Positions 49,546 to 61,674 of a stretch of DNA of 61,674 nt are shown here, piece by piece. Position numbers and translations under genes: made by a program. Numbering within the stretch: the stretch's first letter is position 1; each line of letters starts with the position of its first letter. The notes under the pieces were generated by a model that had not been told where the DNA came from, made no database searches, and saw nothing but the letters and a program-made list of their open reading frames with translations. This stretch comes from an uncultured delta proteobacterium (GTDB lineage Bacteria > Desulfobacterota > RBG-13-43-22), in the NCBI GenBank assembly GCA_963843145.1, contig CAWJJC010000004.1, positions 1 through 61,674 of the forward strand. The letters are read 5' to 3'.

Positions 49546-51099
49546 ATGACGGTAGAGGATCGAATTAAAGAATTGATCGCGTTGAATGCTCAGGCGGAAT
49601 TGGCCGGCGGTCAGGACAAGATCGATGCCCAGCATAAGAAGGGTAAATTGACGGCCCGAGAACGGGTTGAACACCTTCTGGATAAAGGGAGCTTTGAGGA
49701 ATTCGATAAATTCGTAGTTCACCGTTGTACGGATTTCGGTATGGAAAACCAGAAGATTTTCGGGGACGGGGTGGTAACCGGATACGGACGGATCAACGGA
49801 CGGCTGGTTTATGTCTTCTCCCAGGACTTCACTGTTTTTGGCGGGAGTCTGAGCGGACCTTTTGGTGAAAAGGTCTGCAAAGTCATGGACCTGGCCGAGC
49901 GTAACGGGGCGCCCATTATCGGCCTCAATGATTCCGGCGGCGCCCGGATCCAGGAAGGGGTAGTCAGTCTGGGCAGCTACGGGGAGATCTTCCGCCGGAA
50001 TGTCCAGTGTTCCGGAATCATTCCCCAGATATCCGTAATCATGGGACCCTGCGCCGGCGGGGCGGTCTATTCCCCGGCCATCACCGATTTTATTATCATG
50101 GTGGAAAAAACCAGCCACATGTTCATCACCGGGCCCCAGGTCATCAAGGCCGTCACCCACGAAGAAGTGGAACCGGAAGCGCTGGGCGGCGCCATCCGGC
50201 ACAACTCCACCAGCGGGGTGGCCCACCTGTTGGCCAAGGATGATCGGGCCGCCCTGGACAAGGTCCGGGAACTGCTTTCCTTCCTGCCCCAGAACTGCAA
50301 CGAGAAACCTCCGAAACTGCCTACCCGGGACGATCCCAACCGGATCGATCGGGAACTCCGGAATATCATCCCGGAAAATCCTCGAACGCCTTACGATATA
50401 AAAAAGATCATCCTCACTGTCGTGGATGACCGAAAATTCTTTGAAACCCAAAAAATGTACGCTCCCAACATGGTGGTCGGTTTCGCCCGGCTGAACGGGA
50501 CGCCGGTGGGGATCGTGGCCAATCAACCCCGGGCACTGGCCGGGTGTCTGGATATCAACGCCTCGGATAAATGCGCCCGGTTTGTGCGCTTCTGCGACTG
50601 TTTCAACCTGCCCATCATCACCTTTGTGGATGTACCGGGGTTTCTGCCCGGTGTGGCTCAGGAACACGGGGGCATCATCCGCCATGGGGCCAAGATCATC
50701 TATGCCTACTGTGACGCCATGGTGCCCAAGATCACCCTGATCACCCGCAAGGCTTACGGGGGCGCGTACGACGTCATGGGCAGCAAACACCACGGCGGGG
50801 ACATCAATTTCGCCTATCCCATGGCCGAAATCGCCGTCATGGGACCGGACGGCGCGGTGCCCATCGTCTTTCGCAACCAGATCAAGGAATCGTCGGACCC
50901 GGAAAAGACCCGCCAGGAACTGGTCGAGGAATACCGGCGCACTTTCGCCAGCCCCTACAAGGCGGCTGAATTGGGGTATATCGATGAAATCATCCTGCCG
51001 GAATACACCCGGCCCAAGCTGATTCGCGCGCTGGAATCCTTAGAAACCAAATTCGATGTCCGCCGACTTCCCCGGCGGCACGGGAATATTCCCTTATGA
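49546..51099 (+). CDS. Acyl-CoA carboxyltransferase subunit (PccB/MmdA family)
   Basis: [39 protein letters not shown]. Confidence 0.93.
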   Translation: MTVEDRIKELIALNAQAELAGGQDKIDAQHKKGKLTARERVEHLLDKGSFEEFDKFVVHRCTDFGMENQKIFGDGVVTGYGRINGRLVYVFSQDFTVFGGSLSGPFGEKVCKVMDLAERNGAPIIGLNDSGGARIQEGVVSLGSYGEIFRRNVQCSGIIPQISVIMGPCAGGAVYSPAITDFIIMVEKTSHMFITGPQVIKAVTHEEVEPEALGGAIRHNSTSGVAHLLAKDDRAALDKVRELLSFLPQNCNEKPPKLPTRDDPNRIDRELRNIIPENPRTPYDIKKIILTVVDDRKFFETQKMYAPNMVVGFARLNGTPVGIVANQPRALAGCLDINASDKCARFVRFCDCFNLPIITFVDVPGFLPGVAQEHGGIIRHGAKIIYAYCDAMVPKITLITRKAYGGAYDVMGSKHHGGDINFAYPMAEIAVMGPDGAVPIVFRNQIKESSDPEKTRQELVEEYRRTFASPYKAAELGYIDEIILPEYTRPKLIRALESLETKFDVRRLPRRHGNIPL

Positions 51100-51212
51100 C
51101 TCGCTAAACTCGAAATTCGAAGCACGCACGAAGGATCAAAATCCAAATATTCAAAACAACCAACTCTTCGAATTTCGGATTAAGAAATCACACCGCTAAG
51201 AGGAGCCCCTCC

Positions 51213-52889
<1,677 letters not shown>

Positions 52890-52900
52890 GAGGTGCGATC

Positions 52901-53302
52901 ATGACGGCAGCGAAAAAGATAAGGGTACTGGCGGCCAAGCCCGGCCTGGACGGGCACGACCGGGGCATTAAGGTGATTTGCTACGCGCTGCGGGATGCGG
53001 GGATGGAAGTGGTCTATACCGGTCTGCGGCAGACCCCGGAGCAGATTGTGACCACGGCCATGCAGGAAGACGTGGATGTCATTGCCCTGAGTGTCCTCTC
53101 CGGGGCACACGAATACCTTTTTCCGCGGGTCATGGAACTGGTCCGGGAAAAAGGGATCCCCGATGTCCTGGTCGTGGGAGGCGGGATCATCCCCGATGAA
53201 GATATCCCGGCCATGAAAGCCGCGGGCATCGCCGCAATCTTCGGACCGGGTACCTACACCGCGGATATCATAAAGTACATCCGGGATAATGTCAGGAATT
53301 AA
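52901..53302 (+). CDS. Methylmalonyl-CoA mutase B12-binding subunit
   Basis: [13 protein letters not shown]. Confidence 0.95.
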   Translation: MTAAKKIRVLAAKPGLDGHDRGIKVICYALRDAGMEVVYTGLRQTPEQIVTTAMQEDVDVIALSVLSGAHEYLFPRVMELVREKGIPDVLVVGGGIIPDEDIPAMKAAGIAAIFGPGTYTADIIKYIRDNVRN

Positions 53303-53329
53303 GCCCTAACCCGATAAATTCGAATTTTT

Positions 53330-53545
53330 CTCTCGCTCGTTCCCTTCGGTCACTTGAGCACGCAGAGATCTCAGAGAGAATCCATTTTTTGGCTGCCGTT
53401 GAGAGGGACGGCAGCCAAAAACTACTTCAGGCCTTCGGCCTTAACGTCTTTTCCGCAAAGCGGCAGACTGCTTTTTCATTGCCGGCCCCTCACCGGCAAT
53501 GAAAATAACATGTATTCTCTTCGAGCCTCTGTGAGAGCGGTGTAT
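53330..53545. repeat. Structured intergenic repeat element with two hairpins
   Basis: TTTTTGGCTGCCGT..ACGGCAGCCAAAAA; TTTTCATTGCCGG..CCGGCAATGAAAA; CGCAGAGATCTCAGAG and CTCTTCGAGCCTCTGTG ends. Confidence 0.6.
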
Positions 53546-53626
53546 AGTGCTTTTGTCCCGGATGCCGGATTTCGAGTTTCAGATTTATGACCCGGTATCG
53601 GTTTTTTACTACTGATCGTGAAAGCG

Positions 53627-54390
53627 CTACCGCTCCTGCCAGACCGGCTTTCGTTTCTCCAAGAAAGCCTTGAGCCCCTCCTCCGCGTCGTGGGTCTTCA
53701 TCATCTCCTGCAGGTAGATCTTTTCAATGGCCAGAAGCCCCTGATCGGCCGGATCCATCAATCCGGCGTTGAAGGCCTTCTTGGTCAGGGCCAGTACCAG
53801 CCCGCTTAAGCCGGAAAACTTCCCCAAAAATTTTTGCAGTTCCTCTTCCAGAGCCTCGGCCGGCACCACTTTGTTGATCAGCCCCAGGGAGAGCGCCTCC
53901 TGGGCCGGGATGATATCTCCCGAAAGGATCAGTTCCAGAGCCTTCTTGCGGGCCGTCAAGCGGGGCATAATCAGGGCGGCAATGGGCGGGAAAACGCCCA
54001 CCTGGATCTCCGGCTGCCCGAACTTGGCCTTTTCCGAGGCGATGACCAGGTCGCAGTAGAGGGCCAGCTCACAGCCCCCCCCAGGGCCGCCCCCTGGACC
54101 GAAGCGATGGAAACGGCCGGCAGGCTGTCCATCCGCCGGAAGATGCCGTGAAAGACCTCGATCATCTCGTTGACCTGGTCTCCCAGGTGTTCGCCCACGT
54201 CCACCCCGGCTGAAAAGGCCTTGCCGGCCGCCTTGAACAGGAGGAGTTTAAACGATTGCCCTTTCAGTGTATCGAGGGCCGCATTGATCTCTTTCATCAT
54301 GGCAATATTCAGTACATTCAGGGGCTCCCGTTTTAAGGTGATCGTGGCCAGCCCCTCTTTCACTTCCAATTGAATAAACTGATAACTCAT
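53627..54390 (-). CDS. Enoyl-CoA hydratase/isomerase (Dch-like); one G missing in the run at 54075-54082
   Basis: AFSAGVDV, ALGG(GCEL), FGQPEIQVGVFPP, EGLKAFLEKRKP. Confidence 0.88.
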
Positions 54391-54462
54391 ACTGTTTCCT
54401 TTCTTCAATAATAATAATCCTCAGTCGACGCGAATTGGACGGCTCGGAGAGGATTTTTCGGA

Positions 54463-54777
54463 TTAGGGAATAGACAGGGCAAATTTCAGCGCTCTGTCTA
54501 CTTGTTCAATCTTTTCGACCTTAAGTTGACAAATTCTCTCTTTTAACAGATTCTTTCGAATGGTCGCCACCGTATCCAAATTGACCACGCAGTTTTTCGG
54601 GAGTCCATCCTCCGGCCCGAGGGAGACTTCAACGGGTATCTCCCTTATCCGGGTGGTAATTTCCGCAATAGTTATGGCATTTCTAACTCTGTAGGCTTCA
54701 TCCCGGCTGAGGAGGAGCACCGGCCTGCGGCCCAGGGGTAACGGCAATTCGGCCCACCATACTTCACCCCTTTTCAT
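54463..54777 (-). CDS. mazF: MazF/PemK toxin
   Basis: MKRGEVWWA, RRPVLLLS, ITT. Confidence 0.92.
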   Translation of the reverse strand: MKRGEVWWAELPLPLGRRPVLLLSRDEAYRVRNAITIAEITTRIREIPVEVSLGPEDGLPKNCVVNLDTVATIRKNLLKERICQLKVEKIEQVDRALKFALSIP

Positions 54778-54779
54778 CC

Positions 54780-54890
54780 TTAACAACCTCGCAAAAAGTC
54801 AAAAAAGCAAATCTCCAAAGGTCCTGCGACCACCCCAACCCGATGCTAAATCGCGCTCAGGTCGGACTCGGACTTACGGCAAGTCCATCA
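54780..54890. mobile_element. MITE between the antitoxin and mazF
   Basis: Ends TTAACAACCTCGCAAAAAGTC / GGACTTACGGCAAGTCCATCA, same type as the 11174 element. Confidence 0.7.
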
Positions 54891-55142
54891 CCAATCGCCC
54901 TCTGAAAAAACCTCAAGAGAAACCTTTTCCCAGTCGCTGCACTCAGAAACTTTCTCGGGGTGTCGACGATACCCCTCCTCATATACGCGTACCAACTTTT
55001 CCTTCTCTTTGGAAGATTTCCAAAAGGTAATAGCTTCCAATACCAGACGACTCCGCGTCAATCCTTCTTTCTTTCTGATTTTTTCCAGTTCACGAAACTC
55101 GCGCTCCGGGATACTAATGGCAAATTTAACGGAAGGGTTCAT
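54888..55142 (-). CDS. RHH antitoxin (MazE/NdoAI-like)
   Basis: KFAISIP, TRSRLV, YEEGY. Confidence 0.85.
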   Translation of the reverse strand: MNPSVKFAISIPEREFRELEKIRKKEGLTRSRLVLEAITFWKSSKEKEKLVRVYEEGYRRHPEKVSECSDWEKVSLEVFSEGDW

Positions 55143-55311
55143 AGGTTCACCACGGTATGAAAAAAAATCATAATAAAGTATGGCCGAAAGAATACCCATT
55201 GTCAATTTTTAATTTTGTTGCGAATTGGAGGGTAATAATCCTTCCGGCCTATGGCCCGGACCACAACCGCTACCTGGACTTATATTTTAAGAGCGTCGAT
55301 TCAGGAAACCA

Positions 55312-55351
55312 CAAAAAAAGGGGTCAGTCCGCTTTGGCAGACTAACCCCTG
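55312..55351 (-). terminator. Terminator after tRNA-Ala
   Basis: AGGGGTTAGTC..GACTGACCCCTTTTTTT on minus. Confidence 0.75.
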
Positions 55352-55359
55352 ATTATCCT

Positions 55360-55435
55360 TGGTGGAGCTGAACGGGATCGAACCGTCGACCTCATGACTG
55401 CCAGTCATGCGCTCTCCCAGCTGAGCTACAGCCCC
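55360..55435 (-). tRNA. tRNA-Ala(GGC)
   Basis: GGGGCTGTAGCTCAGCTGGGAGAGC..CTGGCAG..GGTTCGATCCC..CTCCACCA. Confidence 0.97.
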
Positions 55436-55565
55436 ATTTTTTGTAAAAAGATTATTATATTTTTATTGGGAACCCTTGTCAATATTTTTTTATCCATTTT
55501 TTCTTGACAATTTCAGGACTCTTTTCATTAGAATCAATTCACTTTCTGTCCAAATCCACCCCAAC

Positions 55566-55653
55566 GCCGGAGTGGTGAAACTGGTAGACGCAGGGGACTC
55601 AAAATCCCCCGACCCCCGCGGTCATGTCGGTTCAATTCCGACCTCCGGCACCA
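55566..55653 (+). tRNA. tRNA-Leu(CAA)
   Basis: GCCGGAGTGGTGAAACTGGTAGAC..CTCAAAA..long variable arm..CCGGCACCA. Confidence 0.96.
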
Positions 55654-55894
55654 GTAAAATAAAGGGGTTGAAGCAAATATCGGCTTCAGCCCCTTTCCTA
55701 ACTTTGGAATTAAATTATATTTTGCCCCACCCTTGTCCCACCTTCTAGCCGTGCGAGGGATTTTTATGCTCCGGGAAAGGGGTTTCTTCTTGCCCGGTTC
55801 CGCCCTGGTCCCACCGCTGTCCCACCCAATAAGAAGGCCGGTCAGGTTCCCCCAATCGGACCCCTTATTTCAGCGTATGGCTTCCTGCCCCTGC

Positions 55895-55978
55895 CCTGTC
55901 CCCGAACCTTCAACCATGCTCCTTCTTGGATCTGGTCTGATTGGTTTGGTGGGGTTCAGGAGGAAGTTTAAAAGGTAA
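55895..55978 (+). pseudogene. Orphan PEP-CTERM sorting tail
   Basis: PVPEPSTMLLLGSGLIGLVGFRRKFKR*, followed by a terminator hairpin; no signal peptide or protein body. Confidence 0.8.
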
Positions 55979-56078
55979 TCAACTGTCATCCGGAGGTAGA
56001 GAAAGGCAGGGTCATTCGGCTCTGCCTTTCTTGTTGAGCCCAACTGAATATCCGTAAAATAATCTCTTCCCCCCTGAT

Positions 56079-56969
56079 CTAATGATGGGAGCGTCGATGC
56101 GATAACAGCCAGACCCACAGGTCAGGGTCATGATATGCCTTATCCCAAGCATCATGGCCCACACCTTCGTACTCGGTGTATTTAACCTCAAATCCCGATG
56201 CCTTAAGGGCTTGATACATCCTTCGCGACTCTTCCGGCCATACCACAGAGTCAGCCCCTCCATGGAAAATCCAGACGGGCACTTTTGAGATCTGGGCCGC
56301 AACCGTCATATAGGGATCCGACGATTTGGCGAAAGGATTTTCTTTCAAAATAGCGGCCTCTTGCTTCGCAGGCAGGTCCGGTCGCGAACTAGTGACATAC
56401 CCGCTGATAGGAACGAGCGCCGCAAACTTGCCAGGGGCATGGGCAGCGATATACCATGACCCGTAGCCACCCATGGAGATCCCAGTGAGATAAATCCTTT
56501 CCGGGTCGCCATTGAATTCCCTGATTGTCTGATCCAGTGCCGTGAGCGCCAGAGTTGCCCTTTCGTCCGGACGCTGATGGTGACGCGCTTGGGGAAAAAC
56601 CACAATGAATGGAAACCGGTCCCGTGCCTGCCGGATCGCCGGACCTAACCCAACTAGAGTTGGGAGCCGCCCATCCTCTCCCTGTTCCCCGGAACCATGC
56701 AGGAACAAAATCACGGGGTAAGGCTTGTCTGGGGTATAGTTGACCGGGATGTATATCTGATAGCGATAGACATCCCCATTCAGCATGACCTCCCGGTCAA
56801 GAAAACCAGTTTCTATCTTTGAAGCTGACACCACGTTAACGAGGGACCCGAACAAGAAGATCACTATAGTAAAAGTAGTAATCGTTCGATTACAAATTAT
56901 CGACCACCATAACATGATTATATTCCTTAAGGGAAAGCAAAATAATAATTTAATTTGAGTATAGCTCAC
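56079..56969 (-). CDS. Exported alpha/beta hydrolase (predicted peptidase/esterase); start uncertain
   Basis: FLHGSGE, GISMGG, FHGGAD, GH. Confidence 0.85.
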   Translation of the reverse strand: MSYTQIKLLFCFPLRNIIMLWWSIICNRTITTFTIVIFLFGSLVNVVSASKIETGFLDREVMLNGDVYRYQIYIPVNYTPDKPYPVILFLHGSGEQGEDGRLPTLVGLGPAIRQARDRFPFIVVFPQARHHQRPDERATLALTALDQTIREFNGDPERIYLTGISMGGYGSWYIAAHAPGKFAALVPISGYVTSSRPDLPAKQEAAILKENPFAKSSDPYMTVAAQISKVPVWIFHGGADSVVWPEESRRMYQALKASGFEVKYTEYEGVGHDAWDKAYHDPDLWVWLLSHRRSHH

Positions 56970-57091
56970 GCTTGGCCCCTCGTCCCCCGTTCCATAGTTC
57001 CCGTCCAGCTTCCAGGATTGGTCTAACGCCTTTAGGCTAACATGGGGATCGACTTCGTTGTGTGACGACCTGCGGCCAATTTCCTCCCATC

Positions 57092-57153
57092 GTCATTCCG
57101 GCGAAAGCCGGAATCTAGACCTCGCAGGTTGTTTCTATAATGAACCCCTTAAT
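57092..57153. repeat. REP-like element homologous to 14479-14540
   Basis: GTCATTCCGGCGAAAGCCGGAATCTAGACCTC..TTTCTATAATGA. Confidence 0.8.
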
Positions 57154-57206
57154 AACTCTCAATTGATCCAGCCTTTATCCTAAAGGCTGGGCTCTCCAGA
57201 ACTGCC

Positions 57207-58010
57207 CTATTCCATCACCACCCCTAACCACTCCTCAATCTCCTCCATCTCTCGGCTGAAAAGCTGCCTGACCGCCTCGAACATTCTTTCATAGTTGGCA
57301 ATCACCCGCTCCATTTCTTCAACCCGCTGGGTCAATTCGAGGGAATAGAGGAAGGCCCCCTCTCCCATCTTGAGCAAGTCGGTTTTCCGGCCAACTAATC
57401 CAGGCTTCCGGCCGGCAGGTTTCTTCCTGATAACTGCCGGGACCATTGCCGCAGCCTTCTTCCCGGGCTTCCTTCCAGGTTTCTTAGCAGGAGCTTCCTT
57501 AGCTTTGCCGGCTACAGCCTTCGCCTTCTTCGGTTTCTCCGCCTTAGCTTCCGCCGGTTTTTTAAGTTCAGATTTGGCCGATTTTTTGGCCTGGGGTTTG
57601 GCTTTTACCGTTTTCCCGGCCAGTCTCTTTTTGGCTCCCGGTCTGCTTGGCTTCTTGTCCATTGGTGTCTCGGTCACCTGTTCGACTGGCTTGGACGGCT
57701 GATCCAAGTTGGCGAACTTGATTTTCTTGTAGTTATGAGTCAAACACTTATCGAGAACGTCGGGGGTAATTTCCTGGACTATTTCCAACGGCTCTCCGGA
57801 GAAAGTCTTCCCGGTCTTCCCGGCCAGAAACCCGTTTTCGTAAAGGTTGGCGATAATGGTCGCGGTGTACCGCTTCCTGGTTATTGAAGAAAAAGCTCCC
57901 TTGAGGGTTTTCCCGAGGAAGTCGGCCAAGGTTTTCGGGTCAATTTGGTTTTTCCCTTTCAAGTAGGTCAACCAGGTTTTCAAATATTGATCGCGGTTGT
58001 TCTTTTTCAT
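57207..58010 (-). CDS. Hypothetical protein with histone-H1-like Lys/Ala/Pro linker
   Basis: PAKKPGRKPGKKAAA repeats; paralog of 31958-32635. Confidence 0.82.
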   Translation of the reverse strand: MKKNNRDQYLKTWLTYLKGKNQIDPKTLADFLGKTLKGAFSSITRKRYTATIIANLYENGFLAGKTGKTFSGEPLEIVQEITPDVLDKCLTHNYKKIKFANLDQPSKPVEQVTETPMDKKPSRPGAKKRLAGKTVKAKPQAKKSAKSELKKPAEAKAEKPKKAKAVAGKAKEAPAKKPGRKPGKKAAAMVPAVIRKKPAGRKPGLVGRKTDLLKMGEGAFLYSLELTQRVEEMERVIANYERMFEAVRQLFSREMEEIEEWLGVVME

Positions 58011-58076
58011 TGGTTCTCCTTCTTAAAGGTGGGATGAATAGTCAGCTAACCTCTCCGGCCTTTTTAAGGGCGTCGG

Positions 58077-58397
58077 TTATGATCCTTTCACTGATCCGGA
58101 ATTTTTTCTTTTGAGTCTTTTCTTGACCTGGTCGACGGCGCGAAGTTCCCGGCCTATCTCGTCATCGTCAAAGTCCACTACTGCAACCTCGTTCTCGCCC
58201 AGATAGTCTATGAAATCCCATTTGGAGAGCCCCGATAGTTCAGTCGCTTTCCCCAAAGAAAGCAGTTTGCCTTTAAAAAATTTTAAAGCCAGCAGCTTTT
58301 TTGACTCCCGAGCCAGTTTATCCTTCGTCAAGCCAACCGAAGAAAGGGAAAGATAAAGGTCTTCTGATAAATCTATAACAGCCTGAACGTTGACCAT
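58077..58397 (-). CDS. UPF0175-family predicted antitoxin (orphan)
   Basis: LSLGKATELSGLSKWDF. Confidence 0.8.
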   Translation of the reverse strand: MVNVQAVIDLSEDLYLSLSSVGLTKDKLARESKKLLALKFFKGKLLSLGKATELSGLSKWDFIDYLGENEVAVVDFDDDEIGRELRAVDQVKKRLKRKNSGSVKGS

Positions 58398-58485
58398 TAG
58401 GCGTTTACCTCCAGTTCATAATTTATTGCGCCCGCTTTTTTTGTTATTATAGGCTTAAATGAATTCAAAGACAAGTTGAGTGCAC

Positions 58486-58808
58486 TTATGACCCCGTCTT
58501 CGGCTGTCTGGGTGCCGATCGACCGAATTCATAATCGGCCATAGTCTCATTGACCATCATGCCGGTCTCATATAAGCGCGTCATGGACCGGGCTTCGGCC
58601 AGGCTCTCCTCCCTCAAAATCGCCGATTCCAGGACTTCAGTCTGGGCGCCCCAGCCCAGGACCCAGTATTTAATCTCCCGGGTGCCGGCCGCTTCGGTCT
58701 CGAACAAGAAATATTTTCTGGGACGCTCCAGCCGTCATGGAGGGTCCCAGAAAATATTTCTGTAAGGATGTACCGCCACTGCCTGCCCAACTGGTCGCCC
58801 CCGGCCAT
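58486..58808 (-). pseudogene. WYL-domain transcriptional regulator remnant
   Basis: N-terminus MAGGDQLGRQWR and C-terminus GTREIKYWVLGWGAQTEVLE, middle deleted. Confidence 0.65.
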
Positions 58809-58915
58809 TTTCGTCCCCTGTATTGAAAACGATTCGAATCCGGGAAGGGAAGGGTTTTGAAAAAATAGACCTTAAAAAGGAGTTGAAATTTCTGCGAAAC
58901 GCGCTCTAGAAAAGA

Positions 58916-59005
58916 TTATTTATAAGCCGCTCCCCGAGGTCCGATCGCCTCGATCATAATTATTCCATTGGCTTCGTCAACCGAATAGATCGAGAGCTTA
59001 TACAT
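58916..59005 (-). pseudogene. RelE/ParE toxin with internal deletion
   Basis: MYKL joined to IYSVDEANGIIMIEAIGPRGAAYK*; overlaps the antitoxin stop. Confidence 0.65.
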
Positions 59006-59237
59006 CCCGCCTTACTTTTTCCCAGGAGATAAATTCCGTCTTCGCTCCGCTTTTTAAGGCCTTTTCAGCGGCCTGGATTTGGGCCATTAGTTCCTGGCTG
59101 GAAAGGATTTCCAGGGTGGCTTCCATCTCTTCCTTGGATTTCAGGTAATCAATAAAATCCATAGCCACCCTGACCTTCTCTTCGGTCAGTTCATCTATAG
59201 CTTTTTTTGCCTGTCTTTTCAGGGCGATCGCTTTCAT
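58998..59237 (-). CDS. Antitoxin (DUF2281/RelB-like)
   Basis: DFIDYL, ATLEIL, FISWEKV. Confidence 0.75.
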   Translation of the reverse strand: MKAIALKRQAKKAIDELTEEKVRVAMDFIDYLKSKEEMEATLEILSSQELMAQIQAAEKALKSGAKTEFISWEKVRRDV

Positions 59238-59492
59238 GGGCCTGGTTCCTCATAAATGTTGCTTTTATTAGATAAGGGTCGCTGATTATCCTTTGAATTA
59301 AAAGAATTATAACAAAAACAAAAAGATAAAACAAGAATTCCCCAGCTTCGAATTCATTCATAAAATTCTTTTTGGTTTCTAAAAAATAATTTTATCGTTT
59401 GACCGTATCTGACAATCCCACCTGGTAAGCTTGGTTCAAACAAAATTTATAAGAATTTTTCAGAAAAAAATTCTTAATTGAAAAAATTTTAT

Positions 59493-59639
59493 CTGGATTC
59501 CCGAAAGGTCACCGGATTTGCTCTGGCCCTGAACGACCAGGTGGTTCACCTGTCGGTTTTTGACCGACCCAAGAATGAGCAGGAAGGCCATAGGTTTTCC
59601 CGGATGGGGAGCTTTTCGAGTCGGAAGAGGAACCGTTAG
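59493..59639 (+). pseudogene. Orphan 3' gene end, possibly ARPP-1/DUF6569 family
   Basis: LDSRKVTGFALALNDQVVHLSVF...RNR*; no start codon. Confidence 0.4.
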
Positions 59640-59937
59640 ACAGGATTTACAGGATTGATTTGATAGTTATCCCCGTTTCGTCCGGAAACGGTGATAACTT
59701 CCATCATCATCTGCGGCGGATCTGAAAAACCGGGGGTATCCAGGCGGGATATTCGGGGTTTGCTTTTTTTCTTAATCTGCCGATAAGTGCCAACTTTATT
59801 CAGAAACTGCGTCCCGGCTTACGTCCCGTATTACGGGTCACGGCTTGATTTTTATTGACTTTTTAAAGAGTAAGGGTTAGGAATTCCTTAATAAATTTGA
59901 CAAAGTCTCCTATCGGCTTCATCAACGCCAAGGCCCC

Positions 59938-60829
59938 ATGGATAAGTTTTCAAAAGCGCTGGAACACTTGAAGAAAAAGGAACTCGCCCCGGCCAGAGTT
60001 ATCCTGGAGCAACTGGTCCGGGAAGAGCCGAACCGGGGCGAGGCGCTTTACAATCTGGGAATGATCTACACCGATATGGGAGAACCCGAGAAAGCGGTGG
60101 GAACCTTGTCAAAATTGTTGGCATTTGAGGAATGCGGGGCAAATGTCTACGTGGCCCTTGGTTTCGCCTATTCCCGGATGAAGGATCATGACCAGGCCAA
60201 GAAAATGTTCCTTATTGCCCTGAAAATTGAACCGGACAACCCTTATGCCCACAAAAATATCGGGGCCCTCTACGGCGATGAAAAAAATTACGAGAAGGCT
60301 ATCCAGCACTTCGAGGAAGCCTTCAAGGCAAATCCAGAGGATTCAAATACCGCCTACGGCCTCGGGGTGACCTATTTCAATACAGGCGATGTCGTCAAGG
60401 CCGACCACTATCTCAGGAAGACCATAGAGCTGGAACCGGCCTCCTCCCTCTCCGAGATGGCCAAAGATCTATTGAGGGAAATAGCGGCGCTCAATCTCAA
60501 GGGAAAAGGCTTCAGGCCCGACGCCATGTTCTACTGCCTCGACGCCATAAGTCTGTTTGAAAAAGTCGGTCCGGCGGAAACGCAAAAAATAGCATTTGAA
60601 ATAGCCCTCAAAGGGAAAGGAGGGGTTGGACATCAACAATTCATCCAAACAATATACTCTCGATTCTCTTCCGGGCGTTTTTTCGGGATTGGAACTTGTC
60701 AGCTACCTGTACGTCGGTTTCAAGCTTACTGCCCCCGAGCAAGATATAGGCTTAGACCTTTCCGAAGAATTCGAAATGGCGCTCAATTTTAGCAAAATCA
60801 AGGGGTCGCATGGATATACAATTCATTGA
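59938..60829 (+). CDS. TPR protein with C-terminal domain; apparent frameshift near 60622
   Basis: About 5 TPRs; IAFEIALKGKG continues as LDINN..YTL in the next frame. Confidence 0.8.
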
Positions 60830-61616
60830 CGAGGTCTACTCGATCCTCGACAAGGTGAAGGAGGAGACCGGGAAGGGTTTTGAATTTATTGGGAAGGACG
60901 ATCTTCCCACGCATGCCGGGCTAAAGATGGCCCGGAAGGATATGCCCTCCCATATCATCGTCTACCGTAAAAAATATGATGAAGTCATTAACCACCTTGT
61001 GGCCCACGAATGCGGTCATATTCTGAGGATGTTTAAAACACCGGAGGAAAAGAGGATCATCCCTTATTCGGATGATGAAATCAAACTATCCGCGCTGAGC
61101 CAGATCGAAACCGAGATAGTCGGGCTCTCTAAGATATTGCCGTTTGAGAGGCTCACCTCCATAGTAAACCTTTGGTATAACGGGATCGTCAGGCAGGTCA
61201 CCAACCATCCCCCCGACATTATGATCGAGAAATGGTTGTTCGATGATTATCCGGGAATCAGGCCTCTGCAGAGAAAATCCCTTGAGAACCAACTAAAGGA
61301 AAGCCTTGCCGGGCTCAATGATTCGGTAATTAAAATAACGCCCAAGACTATCCTGGATGCTTCCAATATTATGAATTACACCTTCTTTCGCTTGCTGGGT
61401 CTCCATTTTGGGACAAATTTTATCCGGCCTTACAACAACACGAACTATGTCAGTCGAGGGAAAGAACTCGCCGCCATTACAGAGAAGGAATACGTCGACA
61501 CCTACGAGGGCGACATACAGATGGCAAACCGGTGGGCTCAGTTCCTGGGTCTCACCGGATGGTTTAAGTGGAGGGATTTTGAGGATACGCCCCCGGGCTA
61601 TGTCAATCAATCCTGA
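60810..61616 (+). CDS. Hypothetical protein with HExxH zinc-metallopeptidase motif
   Basis: HLVAHECGH; overlaps the TPR gene end. Confidence 0.75.
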   Translation: MDIQFIDEVYSILDKVKEETGKGFEFIGKDDLPTHAGLKMARKDMPSHIIVYRKKYDEVINHLVAHECGHILRMFKTPEEKRIIPYSDDEIKLSALSQIETEIVGLSKILPFERLTSIVNLWYNGIVRQVTNHPPDIMIEKWLFDDYPGIRPLQRKSLENQLKESLAGLNDSVIKITPKTILDASNIMNYTFFRLLGLHFGTNFIRPYNNTNYVSRGKELAAITEKEYVDTYEGDIQMANRWAQFLGLTGWFKWRDFEDTPPGYVNQS

Positions 61617-61674
61617 TTATTAAATCGGAGATCATTCCCCGTTCCAATTTTTTCTTTAACTTCCGTAATAATAC

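Noticed and set aside
57020-57045. attC upstream of the hydrolase
   Set aside because: Only GTTAGAC/GTTAGCC cores are visible; no matching inverse core or L boxes found

Overview
Bacterial chromosomal window, most likely an anaerobic Desulfobacterota/deltaproteobacterium (inferred from gene content). It holds: a Wza/Wzc-type exopolysaccharide operon (1.5-9.6 kb); housekeeping genes (engB, hisG/hisI, rlmN, thyA-like, secDF, hisS, aspS, tRNA-Ala, tRNA-Leu); a two-multiheme-cytochrome plus Rieske/cytochrome b module; an acyl-CoA cluster (Re-citrate-synthase-like enzyme, BCCP, carboxyltransferase, split methylmalonyl-CoA mutase, enoyl-CoA hydratase); 7-8 toxin-antitoxin loci; and a decayed island after tRNA-Leu. 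The most striking feature is in the first 10 kb. Nearly every junction of the EPS operon is filled with strand-skewed heptamer repeat tracts (GACRGAK, punctuated by AAAGACC). Two four-helix-bundle (23S rRNA-IVP/Avd-like) genes are each bracketed by these tracts in inverted orientation. Several diverged orphan 3' gene ends are stacked between the tracts, two of them breaking exactly at AAAGACC. This looks like a repeat-mediated cassette insertion and 3'-end replacement system. Other items the ORF track misses: a selenoprotein (UGA plus SECIS-like hairpin), an integrase-less attC cassette cluster, a MITE sitting at the antitoxin stop codon of two unrelated TA operons, and an unannotated HicA. 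Four single-base frameshifts, one in essential hisS, are probably sequencing errors. All family assignments are from motif recognition by eye; no database searches were run.
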